64,000 nt of DNA from Candidatus Freyarchaeum deiterrae (GCA_037305845.1 CP147778.1:1696001-1760000); one strand, 5' to 3'. Counted from the first letter of the stretch, positions 40,551-51,800 are shown. Numbers and translations: made by a program. Notes: generated from the letters alone by a model not told the origin.

Positions 40551-40889
40551 CTAAATAACCGAAGAGGGTCTCACCAACAATAACGGCTCGGAGTCAACTT
40601 TGAAGCCAAACCTTTCGTACCAAGGAATAAGCGAGTCGAAGGTCCTTACACGAATACTTCTCATTGAGTGATCCTCAACTATTCTTTGAAGCATCGAACT
40701 TCCGATACCTTCTCCTCTGTAACTGCGGTCAACATTAATGACCTTTATCTCAGCGCTATCATCCTTCTGGTAAACGACTCCGTATCCAATAACTCCGATT
40801 CCATAGATATCGTAAACAAGGTACTCGTATTTTCGGTACTCGCCGGTCTGCTCGATCTCGCAAAGTATCTCTGGAGGCACTGAAGTCAC
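40551..40889 (-). CDS. GNAT-family N-acetyltransferase
   Basis: VDRSYRGEGIGS and WYERFGF motifs. Confidence 0.8.
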   Translation of the reverse strand: MTSVPPEILCEIEQTGEYRKYEYLVYDIYGIGVIGYGVVYQKDDSAEIKVINVDRSYRGEGIGSSMLQRIVEDHSMRSIRVRTFDSLIPWYERFGFKVDSEPLLLVRPSSVI

Positions 40890-41319
40890 TGAAATTCCTC
40901 CGATGCACTAGATATAGATGTAGTTCAAGAACCAACCGCGGTATTAAAATTTTTTCGGAACTCCCTCAACCATAAATGAAACAACTATTTTTAAAACAAT
41001 ATAAAATCTCCAAATTTTACTAACCGCGGTAATATCATAAAAAGTACCCAATTCCCCTCTATGCGCTCCAATTCTAACACTACTTGAACAGAAATCAAAT
41101 GAGTAAAACATAAATCTAGATTCTTAATAATGTCTAAAGCACACAAAAATTTAGCAAATTAAGGTAATAATTGATTTGAACATCCTTCTAGGATTTAGAT
41201 ACAATATAATGAATTTTAGAACTCTAAGAACATTTATAAATGGTATTACGTTTCTCAAGCATCTTAGAAGGCGTTATCGCTTAGATTACTAAGATACTCA
41301 ACGCTTTTGAGGTGTTAGT

Positions 41320-43521
41320 ATGCCGAAATTTAAGCAAACAGAAGAAATCCTAAAGATAATGAAAGACAAGGAAAACATAAGAAACGCAGGAATCATCGCC
41401 CACGTTGACCACGGCAAAACCACCCTGTCTGATTCTCTGCTAGCAGAGGCAGGTATGCTCTCCCCCAGCGTAGCGGGAGAAGCAAGAGCTTTAGACTACT
41501 TAGAAGAAGAGCAAAAAAGAGGAATAACGATAAAAGCCGCAAACATCTCCCTCCTCCACGAGGAAGAAGGAAAGGAATACGTCATTAATTTGATTGATAC
41601 CCCGGGACATGTTGACTTTACCGGTAATGTTACGCGTGCTCTTCGTGCCATTGATGGTGCTAATGTTGTGGTGGATGCTGTTGAGGAGGTTATGGTCCAA
41701 ACTGAGACTGTGACTAGGCAGGCGCTAGGTGAGCGGGTTAGGCCTGTGCTTTTCATTAATAAGATTGATCGTTTGATTCGTGAGCTTAAGTTGGATGCTC
41801 CTGCTGTTCAGGAGAAGCTCAACCGAATAATAAGAGACTTCAATGGACTGATAAACACTTACGGTGAACCGGAATTTAAGGATAAGTGGAAGGTTAATCC
41901 TGCTGAGGGTACTGTTTCTTTTGGCTCCGCGCTTCACGGTTGGGGTTTTACGCTTGCTCAGATGCAGGAGCAGGGTTTGAAGTTCAGTGATATTGTTGCT
42001 TACTATAATGAGGATCGCTATGAAGAGTTAAAGAAGATACTTCCAGTTCACGGTGCTATACTTGACATGATTATAAACCATTTACCTAATCCTCTGGAAG
42101 CGCAGCCATATCGTATTCCAAAGATTTGGTTAGGTGATCCAGAAAGCGAAATTGGAAAGGCTATGAAAGCGTGTGACGAGAATGCGCCAACAGTTATCTG
42201 TCTAAATAAGGTGGTGGTTGACCCTCATGCGGGTATTGTTTCCACGGGAAGGGTCTTCTCGGGTACTATAAGTGAAGGTGACAATGTTTACTGTGTGACG
42301 GGAAAGAAGGGTTACCGTGTGCAGCAAATGAGTATTTACATGGGTGCTCGGCGGGAGATCGTAGATGCAATCCCTGCGGGTAACATAGCAGCCTTACTAG
42401 GTTTGGATGTTGCTCGAGCAGGTGAAACGGTTTGTAGTGAATCCGTTAAAGCTGAGGTTGTTCCCTTTGAAAAAATTAAGTATGTTTCGGAGCCAGTCAT
42501 CACAATTGCTGTTGAACCCAAACATCCCAAAGACTTGCCTAAACTCATTGATTTAATGCAGAAACTTTCTATTCAAGACCCAAACCTGGTAACTACAATC
42601 AACCAAGAAACTGGAGAATACCTATTGTCTGGTATGGGTGAGCTTCATCTCGAAATTTCGGTGAAAGAAATACAGAATGCTGTAGATGTGACAACTTCGC
42701 AGCCTATAGTGGTTTACCGTGAAACGATAACTGGAGTTGGTGGGCCCGTACTGGGTAAGAGCCCTAACAAGCATAGTAGGGTTTGGATAGTTGTGGAACC
42801 ACTTAACGAGGAGACCATCAAACTAATGGTTGATGGTGAAATATCCGAGTATCAAGACGCCTCCTCTAGAACTAAACTTCTAAGGGAAAAGGGGGGTTGG
42901 GATGCTAAGGATGCGAGAAACGTTTGGGCGTTGGACGAGCATGTAAACATTGTCGTGGATCAAACTAAGGGTGTTCAGTATATGCGAGAGGTTAAGGATA
43001 CTATGATAGCTGGAGTTAGATGGGCGACTGAGTCCGGTCCTTTGGCAGAGGAACCGATAAGAGGAATAAGAATTAACGTAACTGATTGCACGTTACACGA
43101 AGACCCCATTCACAGGGGGCCGGCTCAAGTAATGCCTATGACTAGAAGAGCAATCTGGGGCGCGTTTCTGAGCGCTGAACCAACACTTCTAGAACCAATT
43201 TACAAAATTCAAGCAAACATACCTCCAGATTACATAGGCACAGTTTCCGGTATTCTGTCACAAAGGCGAGGACATGTAATAGATGTACAACAGAAGGGAA
43301 CGCTAGCCTACATAACGGGTGAAATTCCAGTTAGAGAAACATTCGGATTAGCCAGTGACATGCGTGCAAAAACATCTGGAAGAGCCTTCTGGCAAACACA
43401 GTTCACGAAATGGGAAGCTTTACCAAAAAGCCTATCTAAAGAGGTAATCGCTGAAATACGCAAGAGAAAGGGACTAAAACCAGAACCACCTGTAGCGTCA
43501 GAATACATTGATACAATTTAA
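41320..43521 (+). CDS. fusA: Elongation factor EF-2
   Basis: AHVDHGKTT, RGITI, DTPGHVDF, NKID; diphthamide loop HEDPIHRGPAQ. Confidence 0.97.
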   Translation: MPKFKQTEEILKIMKDKENIRNAGIIAHVDHGKTTLSDSLLAEAGMLSPSVAGEARALDYLEEEQKRGITIKAANISLLHEEEGKEYVINLIDTPGHVDFTGNVTRALRAIDGANVVVDAVEEVMVQTETVTRQALGERVRPVLFINKIDRLIRELKLDAPAVQEKLNRIIRDFNGLINTYGEPEFKDKWKVNPAEGTVSFGSALHGWGFTLAQMQEQGLKFSDIVAYYNEDRYEELKKILPVHGAILDMIINHLPNPLEAQPYRIPKIWLGDPESEIGKAMKACDENAPTVICLNKVVVDPHAGIVSTGRVFSGTISEGDNVYCVTGKKGYRVQQMSIYMGARREIVDAIPAGNIAALLGLDVARAGETVCSESVKAEVVPFEKIKYVSEPVITIAVEPKHPKDLPKLIDLMQKLSIQDPNLVTTINQETGEYLLSGMGELHLEISVKEIQNAVDVTTSQPIVVYRETITGVGGPVLGKSPNKHSRVWIVVEPLNEETIKLMVDGEISEYQDASSRTKLLREKGGWDAKDARNVWALDEHVNIVVDQTKGVQYMREVKDTMIAGVRWATESGPLAEEPIRGIRINVTDCTLHEDPIHRGPAQVMPMTRRAIWGAFLSAEPTLLEPIYKIQANIPPDYIGTVSGILSQRRGHVIDVQQKGTLAYITGEIPVRETFGLASDMRAKTSGRAFWQTQFTKWEALPKSLSKEVIAEIRKRKGLKPEPPVASEYIDTI

Positions 43522-43555
43522 ACTTATTTTTCTATTGACGTAAAGAATCCCAAAA

Positions 43556-43580
43556 TCCCCTGAATATGGGGACTTTTTTT
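43556..43580 (+). terminator. Possible hairpin plus U-tract terminator after EF-2
   Basis: tcccc-tgaatat-gggga followed by c and a run of seven T. Confidence 0.4.
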
Positions 43581-43626
43581 ATTTAACCAAAAAAAATTTA
43601 TTGAACCGAGATTAAAGCAACAGTAA

Positions 43627-43754
43627 GCGGCTGTAGTCCAGAAGTAGGTTAACTACTGGGCAGCCTGGTCTAGGACCTTGGCCTCCCAAGCCAGAAACGC
43701 GGGTTCAAAAAAAATGGGAAATCCCCTTTTCTGAAACTCCCGCCAGCCGCACCA
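43627..43754 (+). tRNA. tRNA-Gly(CCC) with introns at 15/16 (43642-43663) and 59/60 (43710-43737)
   Basis: Acceptor GCGGCTG/CAGCCGC+ACCA; anticodon arm TTGGC-CT-CCC-AA-GCCAG; BHB central helices gtcc/gggc and ttca/tgaa. Confidence 0.92.
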
Positions 43755-43846
43755 AACAAGCAAACAATCAACCAACTCCTTTGCGATTTTTTGTTTGCGT
43801 TTTTGGAATATTTTTTAATATTTAAAACGTATATTAAACTACGTGC

Positions 43847-43900
43847 AAACGATGATATATCTGACCCCTCTGACCACCCGTGATGAGGAAACTTGAATTA
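43847..43900 (+). ncRNA. Diverged paralog of the C/D sRNA at 44045-44114 (inverted copy)
   Basis: cGATGAT, guide atatctgacccct, CTGA, then TGATGA. The D box and terminal stem are unclear. Confidence 0.45.
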
Positions 43901-44044
43901 TACATGTTTTTCGGGAAAGTTTCTATTCTTAATTGTCATTTAGAATTATTCTAAAAATTTTGTTATAATATTTGGATGGATATGAAGAAAAGGAAGTTAC
44001 ATTAATTCAGCTTGATTATTCTTTATCTCTTAAAGCAATAAGAA

Positions 44045-44114
44045 ACACAAGCTCAGCACTCAAGATCAACATCATTCCGATGGTCAGTGGGGTCAGATTT
44101 ATCATCGCTTGTGT
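44045..44114 (-). ncRNA. Box C/D guide sRNA, predicted to guide Cm34 of tRNA-Leu(CAA)
   Basis: Minus strand: acacaagc-GATGAT-aaatctgacccca-CTGA-...-TGATGT-tgatcttgagtg-CTGA-gcttgtgt, with an 8-bp terminal stem and upstream TATATAAA. Confidence 0.8.
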
Positions 44115-44430
44115 GTAATTTTATATATCCCTTTACATATTAAAATTTCTCTAAATTTTTATTGAAACTCTTAGTAGTAGTTCAAGAGCAACAAAGAAAT
44201 CATTATAAAAAAGATTCACCACAAACCATAAAAGAAAGCCCCCAGAAAAAACACTACCCCCACTACTAATTCCCGACAAATGAACCAGTATTGAGTTTGT
44301 ACTTTAAATTTATTTTAATAAATTTTCTTTTATTTTTTATTATTTGTTGATTACCCTCAGGTTTAAGTATTGTTTTTTGGGGGTTTTTTTATAATAATTT
44401 TCAGATACTGTTAGGCTGGGGCGATATTTA

Positions 44431-45441
44431 ATGAGATTGTCTGTTGGTAAGGTTCCTAATGATTTGTTAAAGAAGCTTGTATTTCCCTATGGTGGTATTA
44501 ATTGTGGTAGGGTGATTTGTGGCCCTGCTGTGGGTCAGGATGCGGCTGTAATTGATTTTGGTAAAAAATTGTTGATTGTGAGCACGGATCCTATTACTGG
44601 TACTCGTAGCCGGATGGGGTGGTATGCTATACATGTGAATGCGAATGATGTGGCAGTGAGGGGAGCTGCTCCGCTATATTTCACTTCTACGATTTTGTTA
44701 CCTGATGGGACGGACACCGATTTTTTGGAGGAGGTTTGTAAAGATGTGGATGAGGCTGCGAGAGAGATTGGTGTTTGTGTTGTTGGCGGTCATACTGAGG
44801 TTGTTCCCTACTTGGAGAATCCCTTGTTATGCGGCACCATGTTTGGGGAAACTACTATGGAGAAGTTGGTGTTGACGAGTGGCGCCCATGATGGTGATAT
44901 TATAATTTTGACAAAACACGTGGGTTTGGAAGGTGCCTCTATTCTTGCCACTGATCGCTTTAAGGATTTGAATAAGATTTTGGATGAAAAACTTTTATTG
45001 AGTGCGCAGTCTTTTTCTGCCAGTCTTAGCGTTGTAAAGGAGGCTTTGGCGGTTAATAATACTGGGGTCGTAACCTCCATGCACGATCCAACAGAGGGTG
45101 GTTTGCTGGGCGGTTTAGTGGAGCTTGCAGACGCCTCAGATGTGGGTTTTAGAGTTGATGAAAATTTGATTCCCATTGCGAGAGAGACTTTGGAGATATG
45201 TTCCACTTTAGGGGTAGACCCCTTACGTTTAATTTCTAGTGGGGTTTTGTTGGTGACTGTTAAACCTGGAGGTGAGACTAAGGCTTTGGAGGCTACTAAA
45301 TCTCTTGGAATTAGCTCTAATATAATTGGTCGAGTTACATCCAGTGAAAGGATACTGGTACGCGATGGGGGAGAAGAGGTTAACGTGGGTTCATCCACCA
45401 AGGAACAATTGTGGGACGCTCTCAGAGCTAAACTAGGTTAA
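44431..45441 (+). CDS. AIR synthase-related protein (HypE/ThiL/PurM superfamily)
   Basis: GQDAAV, STDPIT, NANDVA, GGHTEV, MHDPTEGG, LISSG. Confidence 0.85.
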   Translation: MRLSVGKVPNDLLKKLVFPYGGINCGRVICGPAVGQDAAVIDFGKKLLIVSTDPITGTRSRMGWYAIHVNANDVAVRGAAPLYFTSTILLPDGTDTDFLEEVCKDVDEAAREIGVCVVGGHTEVVPYLENPLLCGTMFGETTMEKLVLTSGAHDGDIIILTKHVGLEGASILATDRFKDLNKILDEKLLLSAQSFSASLSVVKEALAVNNTGVVTSMHDPTEGGLLGGLVELADASDVGFRVDENLIPIARETLEICSTLGVDPLRLISSGVLLVTVKPGGETKALEATKSLGISSNIIGRVTSSERILVRDGGEEVNVGSSTKEQLWDALRAKLG

Positions 45442-45533
45442 CTATTATCTTATTTTTTTAAAAATACTTTTCAATATTTTTTACAATTAATTCTGCTTTC
45501 CCAGCTGCATTTTCCAAGAAAGAAAAAAATATT

Positions 45534-46919
45534 TTAGCTATGATTATCCCCATTTTTGGGTTCTGGAATTTCGGTGAATTTTTGATAAATTTTGAGGGTT
45601 AATGGGTCCCACATCCATTTCTGGTTTTTGTCGTTGAACATTTCTGTGATGCTTTCTGGAAAACTTTTTGTTTGAATCGTATAATTAGAGAATTGAATAT
45701 CTGGGTATTTTCTTTCTAGTATTTTTTTGATTTTTGTTTTTGATCCTAAGGGGAGTTTGATTTGAATAACGGTTTGTTTTGTTTTTTTGTTATAGTCAGT
45801 TAGTTCATAAACCGTGGTTTGTGGGAGTTTCAAGAATGCAACTGGGAGTTCTTGGATATTTTTCTTAAGTATGAGAAGTAGGTTTTCTTTTAGCCCAGTT
45901 CTTTCTGAGAGTTGTGCGATTGGAGTGAAATATTTTTCGTTGTATAAAATTTTTTTGCATAATGATACCTTTGATTCACTGGTATTCAGAGCTTTTGCGA
46001 TATCTCGTTGTTCCTTTCTGAAGTTCTCTGTTAAATGGGATAGAATTTTCAAATCTGTTTTTTTAATTTTTCTCTTTTTGTTGGTACTATCGCTTTCTTT
46101 AACGGGCAGGCTTAATTTCTCCTGTTCTTCCAGTTGTAGCTCCCAGTGAGACCAGTTTATGTTCCAGCTTTTACTATTCTGATCATAAAAAGTGAAATTA
46201 ATATTGTTGGTCACGAATGATTCTTCAAATATCTGCTGATTCTGCAGATATCTGGTAATTATTTTTTCGCCTTCTTTTACATTGGACTTTGGTAGTAACA
46301 TTTCCCACAATCTTGTGCTGTTACACCAACCATTATTCTTTTGGGACGATGTTAGATACTGACTATTTATCTCTCTTTCACTGTCTTTGGTAATCACTAC
46401 CAGCGGTACGAGTTCCAATTTCTCGTAATTTGGAACTGCTACTGTTTTATAAACTTCTCCGGTAGTGAGTTGATTGTATCTTTTTTGAACTGTACCCCAA
46501 CTTAGTTTGGTTATAGAGCAGATGCCTTCCAATGTTATTAGAGGATTTTGATTAATTGCTTCAAGTATTTTAACATCACTAGATTTTAATCTTATAGTAA
46601 AACTTTGAAGCCCGTTTTTAAAAATCTCAAAAAATCTTCCCGCTTCAATGTTTAAATCATTCAATTTAGCTGTTTTCAACTCTTCTAGGAAATAATTCAA
46701 AAATTGTTTTTCTAATACACCATCGAAAGTTGCCAGTTGATTTAATAAAGTTGTATAGTCATCAAATGCCCCTGCTTCATTTATTACAGATACAAGTTTC
46801 GGAAATTTTTCTATAATAGTATCAACTGTTTCCTTCTCTTTCCTCGCTTTTCTTGTTCTATACTCTTTTTCTGCTGCTACGGACTTATAATTTGGTTTTC
46901 CTTGTACGATCATAGTCAT
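45534..46919 (-). CDS. Hypothetical protein with two Lrp-like HTH modules
   Basis: DVKILEAI...SWGTVQKRY and DLKILSHL...RDIAKALNTSESKV. Confidence 0.55.
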   Translation of the reverse strand: MTMIVQGKPNYKSVAAEKEYRTRKARKEKETVDTIIEKFPKLVSVINEAGAFDDYTTLLNQLATFDGVLEKQFLNYFLEELKTAKLNDLNIEAGRFFEIFKNGLQSFTIRLKSSDVKILEAINQNPLITLEGICSITKLSWGTVQKRYNQLTTGEVYKTVAVPNYEKLELVPLVVITKDSEREINSQYLTSSQKNNGWCNSTRLWEMLLPKSNVKEGEKIITRYLQNQQIFEESFVTNNINFTFYDQNSKSWNINWSHWELQLEEQEKLSLPVKESDSTNKKRKIKKTDLKILSHLTENFRKEQRDIAKALNTSESKVSLCKKILYNEKYFTPIAQLSERTGLKENLLLILKKNIQELPVAFLKLPQTTVYELTDYNKKTKQTVIQIKLPLGSKTKIKKILERKYPDIQFSNYTIQTKSFPESITEMFNDKNQKWMWDPLTLKIYQKFTEIPEPKNGDNHS

Positions 46920-47015
46920 CTCATAAAATTCTTATAGAATAGTATTTATTCTCCACGAAAAAGATATTTTTAATACAGGAATTAGAAAAGATAGTTGGGT
47001 ATTTTAGAGTTCTGG

Positions 47016-47318
47016 TTATTTTGCTGTTTTTCTTTTCAAAATAATTAGTCTTAATTTTTTCTCATCGATCCGAAATACGTTTTTAATAATTGAAATTACC
47101 GATATTGGAATATAGATATTCCCTCTCTCATCTTTCGTCAGTCTCTGAAGGAGTTCTTCGGATTTATTTGTCTTTGCTAGAATAGCCTGTATTCTACCAC
47201 TTTTCTTATCAATGACTAAATCTACTATCTGCCCCACTTTCCTCCCGAATTCATTTACTATCTCTCTATTAATGATACTGTGTAGTAGCTCTTTAGACAA
47301 TGCCACACCCCGTTTCAT
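47016..47318 (-). CDS. PRC-barrel domain protein
   Basis: IVNEFGRKVGQIVDLVIDKKSGRI...IPISVI. Confidence 0.8.
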   Translation of the reverse strand: MKRGVALSKELLHSIINREIVNEFGRKVGQIVDLVIDKKSGRIQAILAKTNKSEELLQRLTKDERGNIYIPISVISIIKNVFRIDEKKLRLIILKRKTAK

Positions 47319-47518
47319 TTATGATTAAAAAGATAGTGGCATACCTTTTTAATAAAATTTTGTGAAGTGAAGCAAAATTTGGTTTCAGGGAAACCTACAA
47401 TAATATAATTTAGTACTGGTTCAAAAATTGGGAATCTGCAGCATCCACTTTTCTCTCTTCATTGATTTATTTAATTGGGAAATGTTTAATTTCATATTAA
47501 ATAATCATTTAATGACGT

Positions 47519-48112
47519 TTGATTTTACATATTCTTGAGGATATGGTCTTGGAAGAATTTCGGATCGTTCTTGTACCAATAGGTGAAATCGATAAAAATC
47601 TACTTAAGAAACTACAGGATGAACTCAGCCTTATATTCCATCCTTTAAAAGTCACGATTTCAGAACCAATCTTGATACCTAAAGGCGCCTATAATTCTAA
47701 TAGGGGACAGTATAATTCTTCACCTTTTTTAGAGGCTTTGAGAAAACTTGTGGTTGATGAACACTCAAAATTCCTAGGTATAACCTCAGTTGATCTATTC
47801 ACACACGGTTTAAACTTCATATTCGGCCATGCGATTTTGGACGGTGGTGTTTGCATAATATCTACTCACAGACTTGAACCTGAATTCTATGAACAACTTT
47901 ATAATGAAAAAATTTTTGTTGAGCGTTCTATCAAAGAAGCGGTTCACGAGTTAGGACACATCTTCTCTCTTCAGCACTGCCAAAATCCGCGCTGTGTAAT
48001 GTGTTTTTCAAATCACATATTAGATACCGACCGAAAACGAAAAAATTTTTGCGAGAAGTGTCAATCCCAAATTATGAAAAACATTGATTTCATAAGGAAA
48101 GCCAACAATTAG
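47519..48112 (+). CDS. amzA: Archaemetzincin Zn metalloprotease
   Basis: KEAVHELGHIFSLQHC...CVMCFSN...FCEKC. Confidence 0.92.
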   Translation: MILHILEDMVLEEFRIVLVPIGEIDKNLLKKLQDELSLIFHPLKVTISEPILIPKGAYNSNRGQYNSSPFLEALRKLVVDEHSKFLGITSVDLFTHGLNFIFGHAILDGGVCIISTHRLEPEFYEQLYNEKIFVERSIKEAVHELGHIFSLQHCQNPRCVMCFSNHILDTDRKRKNFCEKCQSQIMKNIDFIRKANN

Positions 48113-48316
48113 ATAACTGATTAAACTAATTATTCCGCTAGATCTCCTTGAAGAGCATTTGATTTTGTCTTCTTTTAAAAGCTTTTTAAAGTTTAAAGCT
48201 GCTTAATGAATATTTGTTTAATGCTTAATTACGTCCAAAAAATTATAATAATTTTATCAAGGGCAAAACTAAAAAATAGGCGCTTGCAATACATTTTAGT
48301 ACTGAGCACAAAATTT

Positions 48317-48389
48317 GGGCGTATGGTCCAGTGGTTATGACACTGCGTTCACATCGCAGTAATCCGCGGTTCGAATCCGCGTACGCCCA
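48317..48389 (+). tRNA. tRNA-Val(CAC), intronless
   Basis: Acceptor GGGCGTA/TACGCCC; anticodon arm CTGCG-TT-CAC-AT-CGCAG; T arm CGCGG-TTCGAAT-CCGCG. Confidence 0.95.
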
Positions 48390-48517
48390 CATAACATTTT
48401 TTCTGAGAAATCTTTCATCTATTAAAAACTAAATTAGCTTCAGTTCTTTGAGTTTGTTACTATTAAATTTTGTTTTCCAAACTTGGTTTAAGACTTAACA
48501 AAACAGGGAGTAGTAAG

Positions 48518-48793
48518 TTATGGCAAATCTTGTTGTCCGAGTCCAGTTAAGTACCACTGGTGCGGCTTTTCTTGGGTTTTATCTACTATGCCCTCTTTTT
48601 TCATACTTCTGAGTTGTTGCCGTACTCTTGCGTATGACATGTTCAAGTTCTCTGCTATTTCACTAACAGTTTTTGATTTTTGTCTAATTTGCTTCAGTAT
48701 TTGAGTCCTAGTTTCTATTCCTGGTGTAACATTCTTCTTTTTTCTTAAAACCGCCTTAGCCTCATGTAACCTTTTTTTCCAAATCGGCGACAT
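48518..48793 (-). CDS. ArsR-like winged HTH protein
   Basis: TRTQIL...TVSEIAENLNMSYARVRQQL...EGIV. Confidence 0.75.
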   Translation of the reverse strand: MSPIWKKRLHEAKAVLRKKKNVTPGIETRTQILKQIRQKSKTVSEIAENLNMSYARVRQQLRSMKKEGIVDKTQEKPHQWYLTGLGQQDLP

Positions 48794-48890
48794 TTTTACC
48801 CTCTAACTAATTTTTCAGGGGATTCTATCTAAATTTTTCTATTTTAAAATTAAAATTTTTAGTTTAAACTTTCTGTTATAGTTAAGAATA

Positions 48891-51800
48891 CTAGAAGAAC
48901 TCGCTCAGTTTAGCTTGTTTGGCTTTTTCTTCCTCGAATATTAACCCGATATTTTGCTTTAGCAGTTTTAATCTCTGCTTTATGTATGGCGCCAGATCAT
49001 ATTTCTCCGAAATTTCTATTGCGAAGGGAAGGTATTTTTCTATTCCTGCTTGGTGGACTGTTAAGATAATTTTTCCTCCGCAAGAAGGGCATTTACCCTG
49101 AAGGGGTGGGCGTCTATACTTTTTATTACAATTTAAACATCTAATTCTTTGAGTAGAAAACGCTTTTAGGTTACCCGCAATGTCGCGAATGAAATGCTTT
49201 TGAATTATCCTAGTAGCCACCGACTTTGGGTCTGACGCCCGTATTTTGGTTGATAATTCTAACTGCGCCTGAACCTTCTCCATCATGGTTCCTAGTTCCT
49301 TATACTTTGATCTTGGAGGGCCTTGAAAGATATTTTTTGTTGGATGAGTAAATTTGAAGTTTTCATATTGCTCTGGTGTGTCTAGACGGTGTGCAACGAT
49401 GTCCATTGACTTCTCAATTTTTTTGGGATCCTCGTACTGTAAAGTTTTTTCGTAAAATTCTAAAGGATAATGATCCATTACGTCCATATTGTGTGACTCA
49501 CTATCAACTTCTTGAGGGTCCAAACGCACCGCTATAACTAGAGGGATATCCATCATTCCCCCTCTTTTTTTAGGCAAGAAAAATTTGGAGAAGTTTAACA
49601 ACGGATCCAAGGCAAGCATTACCGCGTCTTCGTCTCCGTCACAGTTTCTTCTTTTTGCAGCATGCCAGTATGGATGGGCGTAGCAAACTTGGGCTTTGGT
49701 AAAACCAATAACACGCCCAACAATACCGACCGAGGTGTGCGGTGCGAGACCTACTATAAGATGCCCAACAAGATCCTCCCTACTTTTTACCTGGTAGTAA
49801 GATGGTAGTACATAAAATTTTGTTAGCAGCTCATCAATAAAGTTAGCTAATGCGACGAGGTAATCGCCGCAATTCTCTGAAACTATTATGTCCTGAGGTT
49901 TCAACTCTACTATTTGTTCCTCGTTTTCTAGCGGATTGCCTTTATAATCTCGATTGTAACCTAGTTCGTGCAGCTTCTCTACGGGGACCGCTATCTCACC
50001 GGGCTTGAAGTGAGTAATTGGAGCATCGGTGGCATCAAATCTCAAGGTGCCATCTTTATACACGTATAAATCATGTTTAGCTCGTAGAATACCCTTCTCT
50101 AAAGGCTCTGGAACTTTGGACTCACTTATAAGTCCCTGAACCCCTTTCACCTCTTTGATAGTTTCTACTCCTACTCTTTGTAAGGCATTTTGAAATTCCT
50201 CTTTCAAGTTTATTTCTCTACCTTCATATGGGTGCATTTTTCCCCCACATTTAGGACAAGTTGTTGCCTCCGAAGAAAAATCACACTGTAAACAAGTGTT
50301 CACTGTTAAAGTTCGCTTTTTACAAGAAGGACAAAAATTACTGAATGTTACAGATTCACAGTCTGGGCATCTCCTTTTGGCAATTTCAACAGATATCACT
50401 CCTCTCTCTGCAGCTTTGACTATGTTTCTTGTGCTACCTCCCTCTAATCCAACGGGAAATAAAACATGCACCGGAGGAGAAAGCTTCCTTTCTTTAGCTT
50501 TTTCCGGTCTTCCCATCCTGGCACCAATATAAATTGGGGCCTTTTCTCGTATAGGTATATCCGTAAGCGATTTCACTACGTCAAGTCCACTCATTCCCTC
50601 ACCAAATTGATATAATGCGAGTTTTTGTACTTCCTTACCTTTTGATAGGCATCTCAATAGAATGGGAGCGTGTTCAGAGATTATGATTTTGTTATTTTCA
50701 AATCTATGCGGAACGCCAAGTCGTTCTAGAATTTCTTTTACGTTCTGTGGGACTTCGGCAGTAATCTCATCTTGCTCACTTGCATCAACTTTATCTAACC
50801 ACTTTTTAAGTTCCATAGCTTCATCCGCGTGTATATCATGCCAATAATACGTATATTCTGGGTGAAGGGGCAGGTTTAAAGCCTCACTAATATTTAGAGC
50901 CTCTTTCGCAGTAGGTACAAAATAGAAATAATCCTCGATAATACGTTTCAGACGTTCTTGGTTAACCCCCATAAAACTAGAAGCTCGCTGCATATCCTCC
51001 CCAAATTTTTCATTAATCTTTTTCCTAAATTCTTGAATCCACCATTCCACACAATAACCTGAGGGAATTAGGGGATGATTATTTTCCAGAAATTCTCCAA
51101 AAGCTATAAGAAGGTCTCCTAGAAACAAAATTTTGTCTACTTTATTAACAACTTCTAAAGCTTCTTCTATAGTATTGACTCTTCTCACAGAGCCATCCAA
51201 CGTCTTCACAATGGGGCCTTCAATACTGTCCACAGGGAGGACTATCGCACCCTTGCCCGGTCTTTCTGTACGAATATGCGTTCCAGAAACCAAGAATTCA
51301 TCTAAAATAACCATAGTAGCAGGATTAATACCAACTGCTGAAAGACCTGTATCTCTGGAACGCCCATATCTAGGCCGGAAACTACCAATAGCAGACGGTT
51401 CTCCAAAAACCGGGCGTCCAGCAATAACATCTGCGAGATAAGTTGCACTAGGCTTTACTTCAAACTTCTCTTTTTCCTCTTTAGATTCTGACAACCATTC
51501 CCATCCTTCGAATCCAATACGATCAACAATTTTTCTAAGTTTTGAAGACTTACCAATTAAGCCGTCATTGAGAACGAGAATAGCTCCTCCTCTCAATTGA
51601 TTTGTTTCAATTCTTGGAAGATTTCTATGCCCTGAAACTTCTATCTTATCCGTAGGCTCACCCGTCACCTCAACAGGAAGATTTTTCATAACCATTCTTA
51701 TCTTGTCTGGGGTTGAAGGGTACTGCAGATGCGCCACTCTATGCCCGTATAAATCAATCTCTTCAACAAAGCGTTCTATTTCCAAATCTGTAGGTTTATA

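Noticed and set aside
43812-44146. MITE interpretation of the inverted repeat
   Set aside because: The arms carry C/D boxes, a terminal stem and a meaningful guide; no target-site duplication or transposase is visible.
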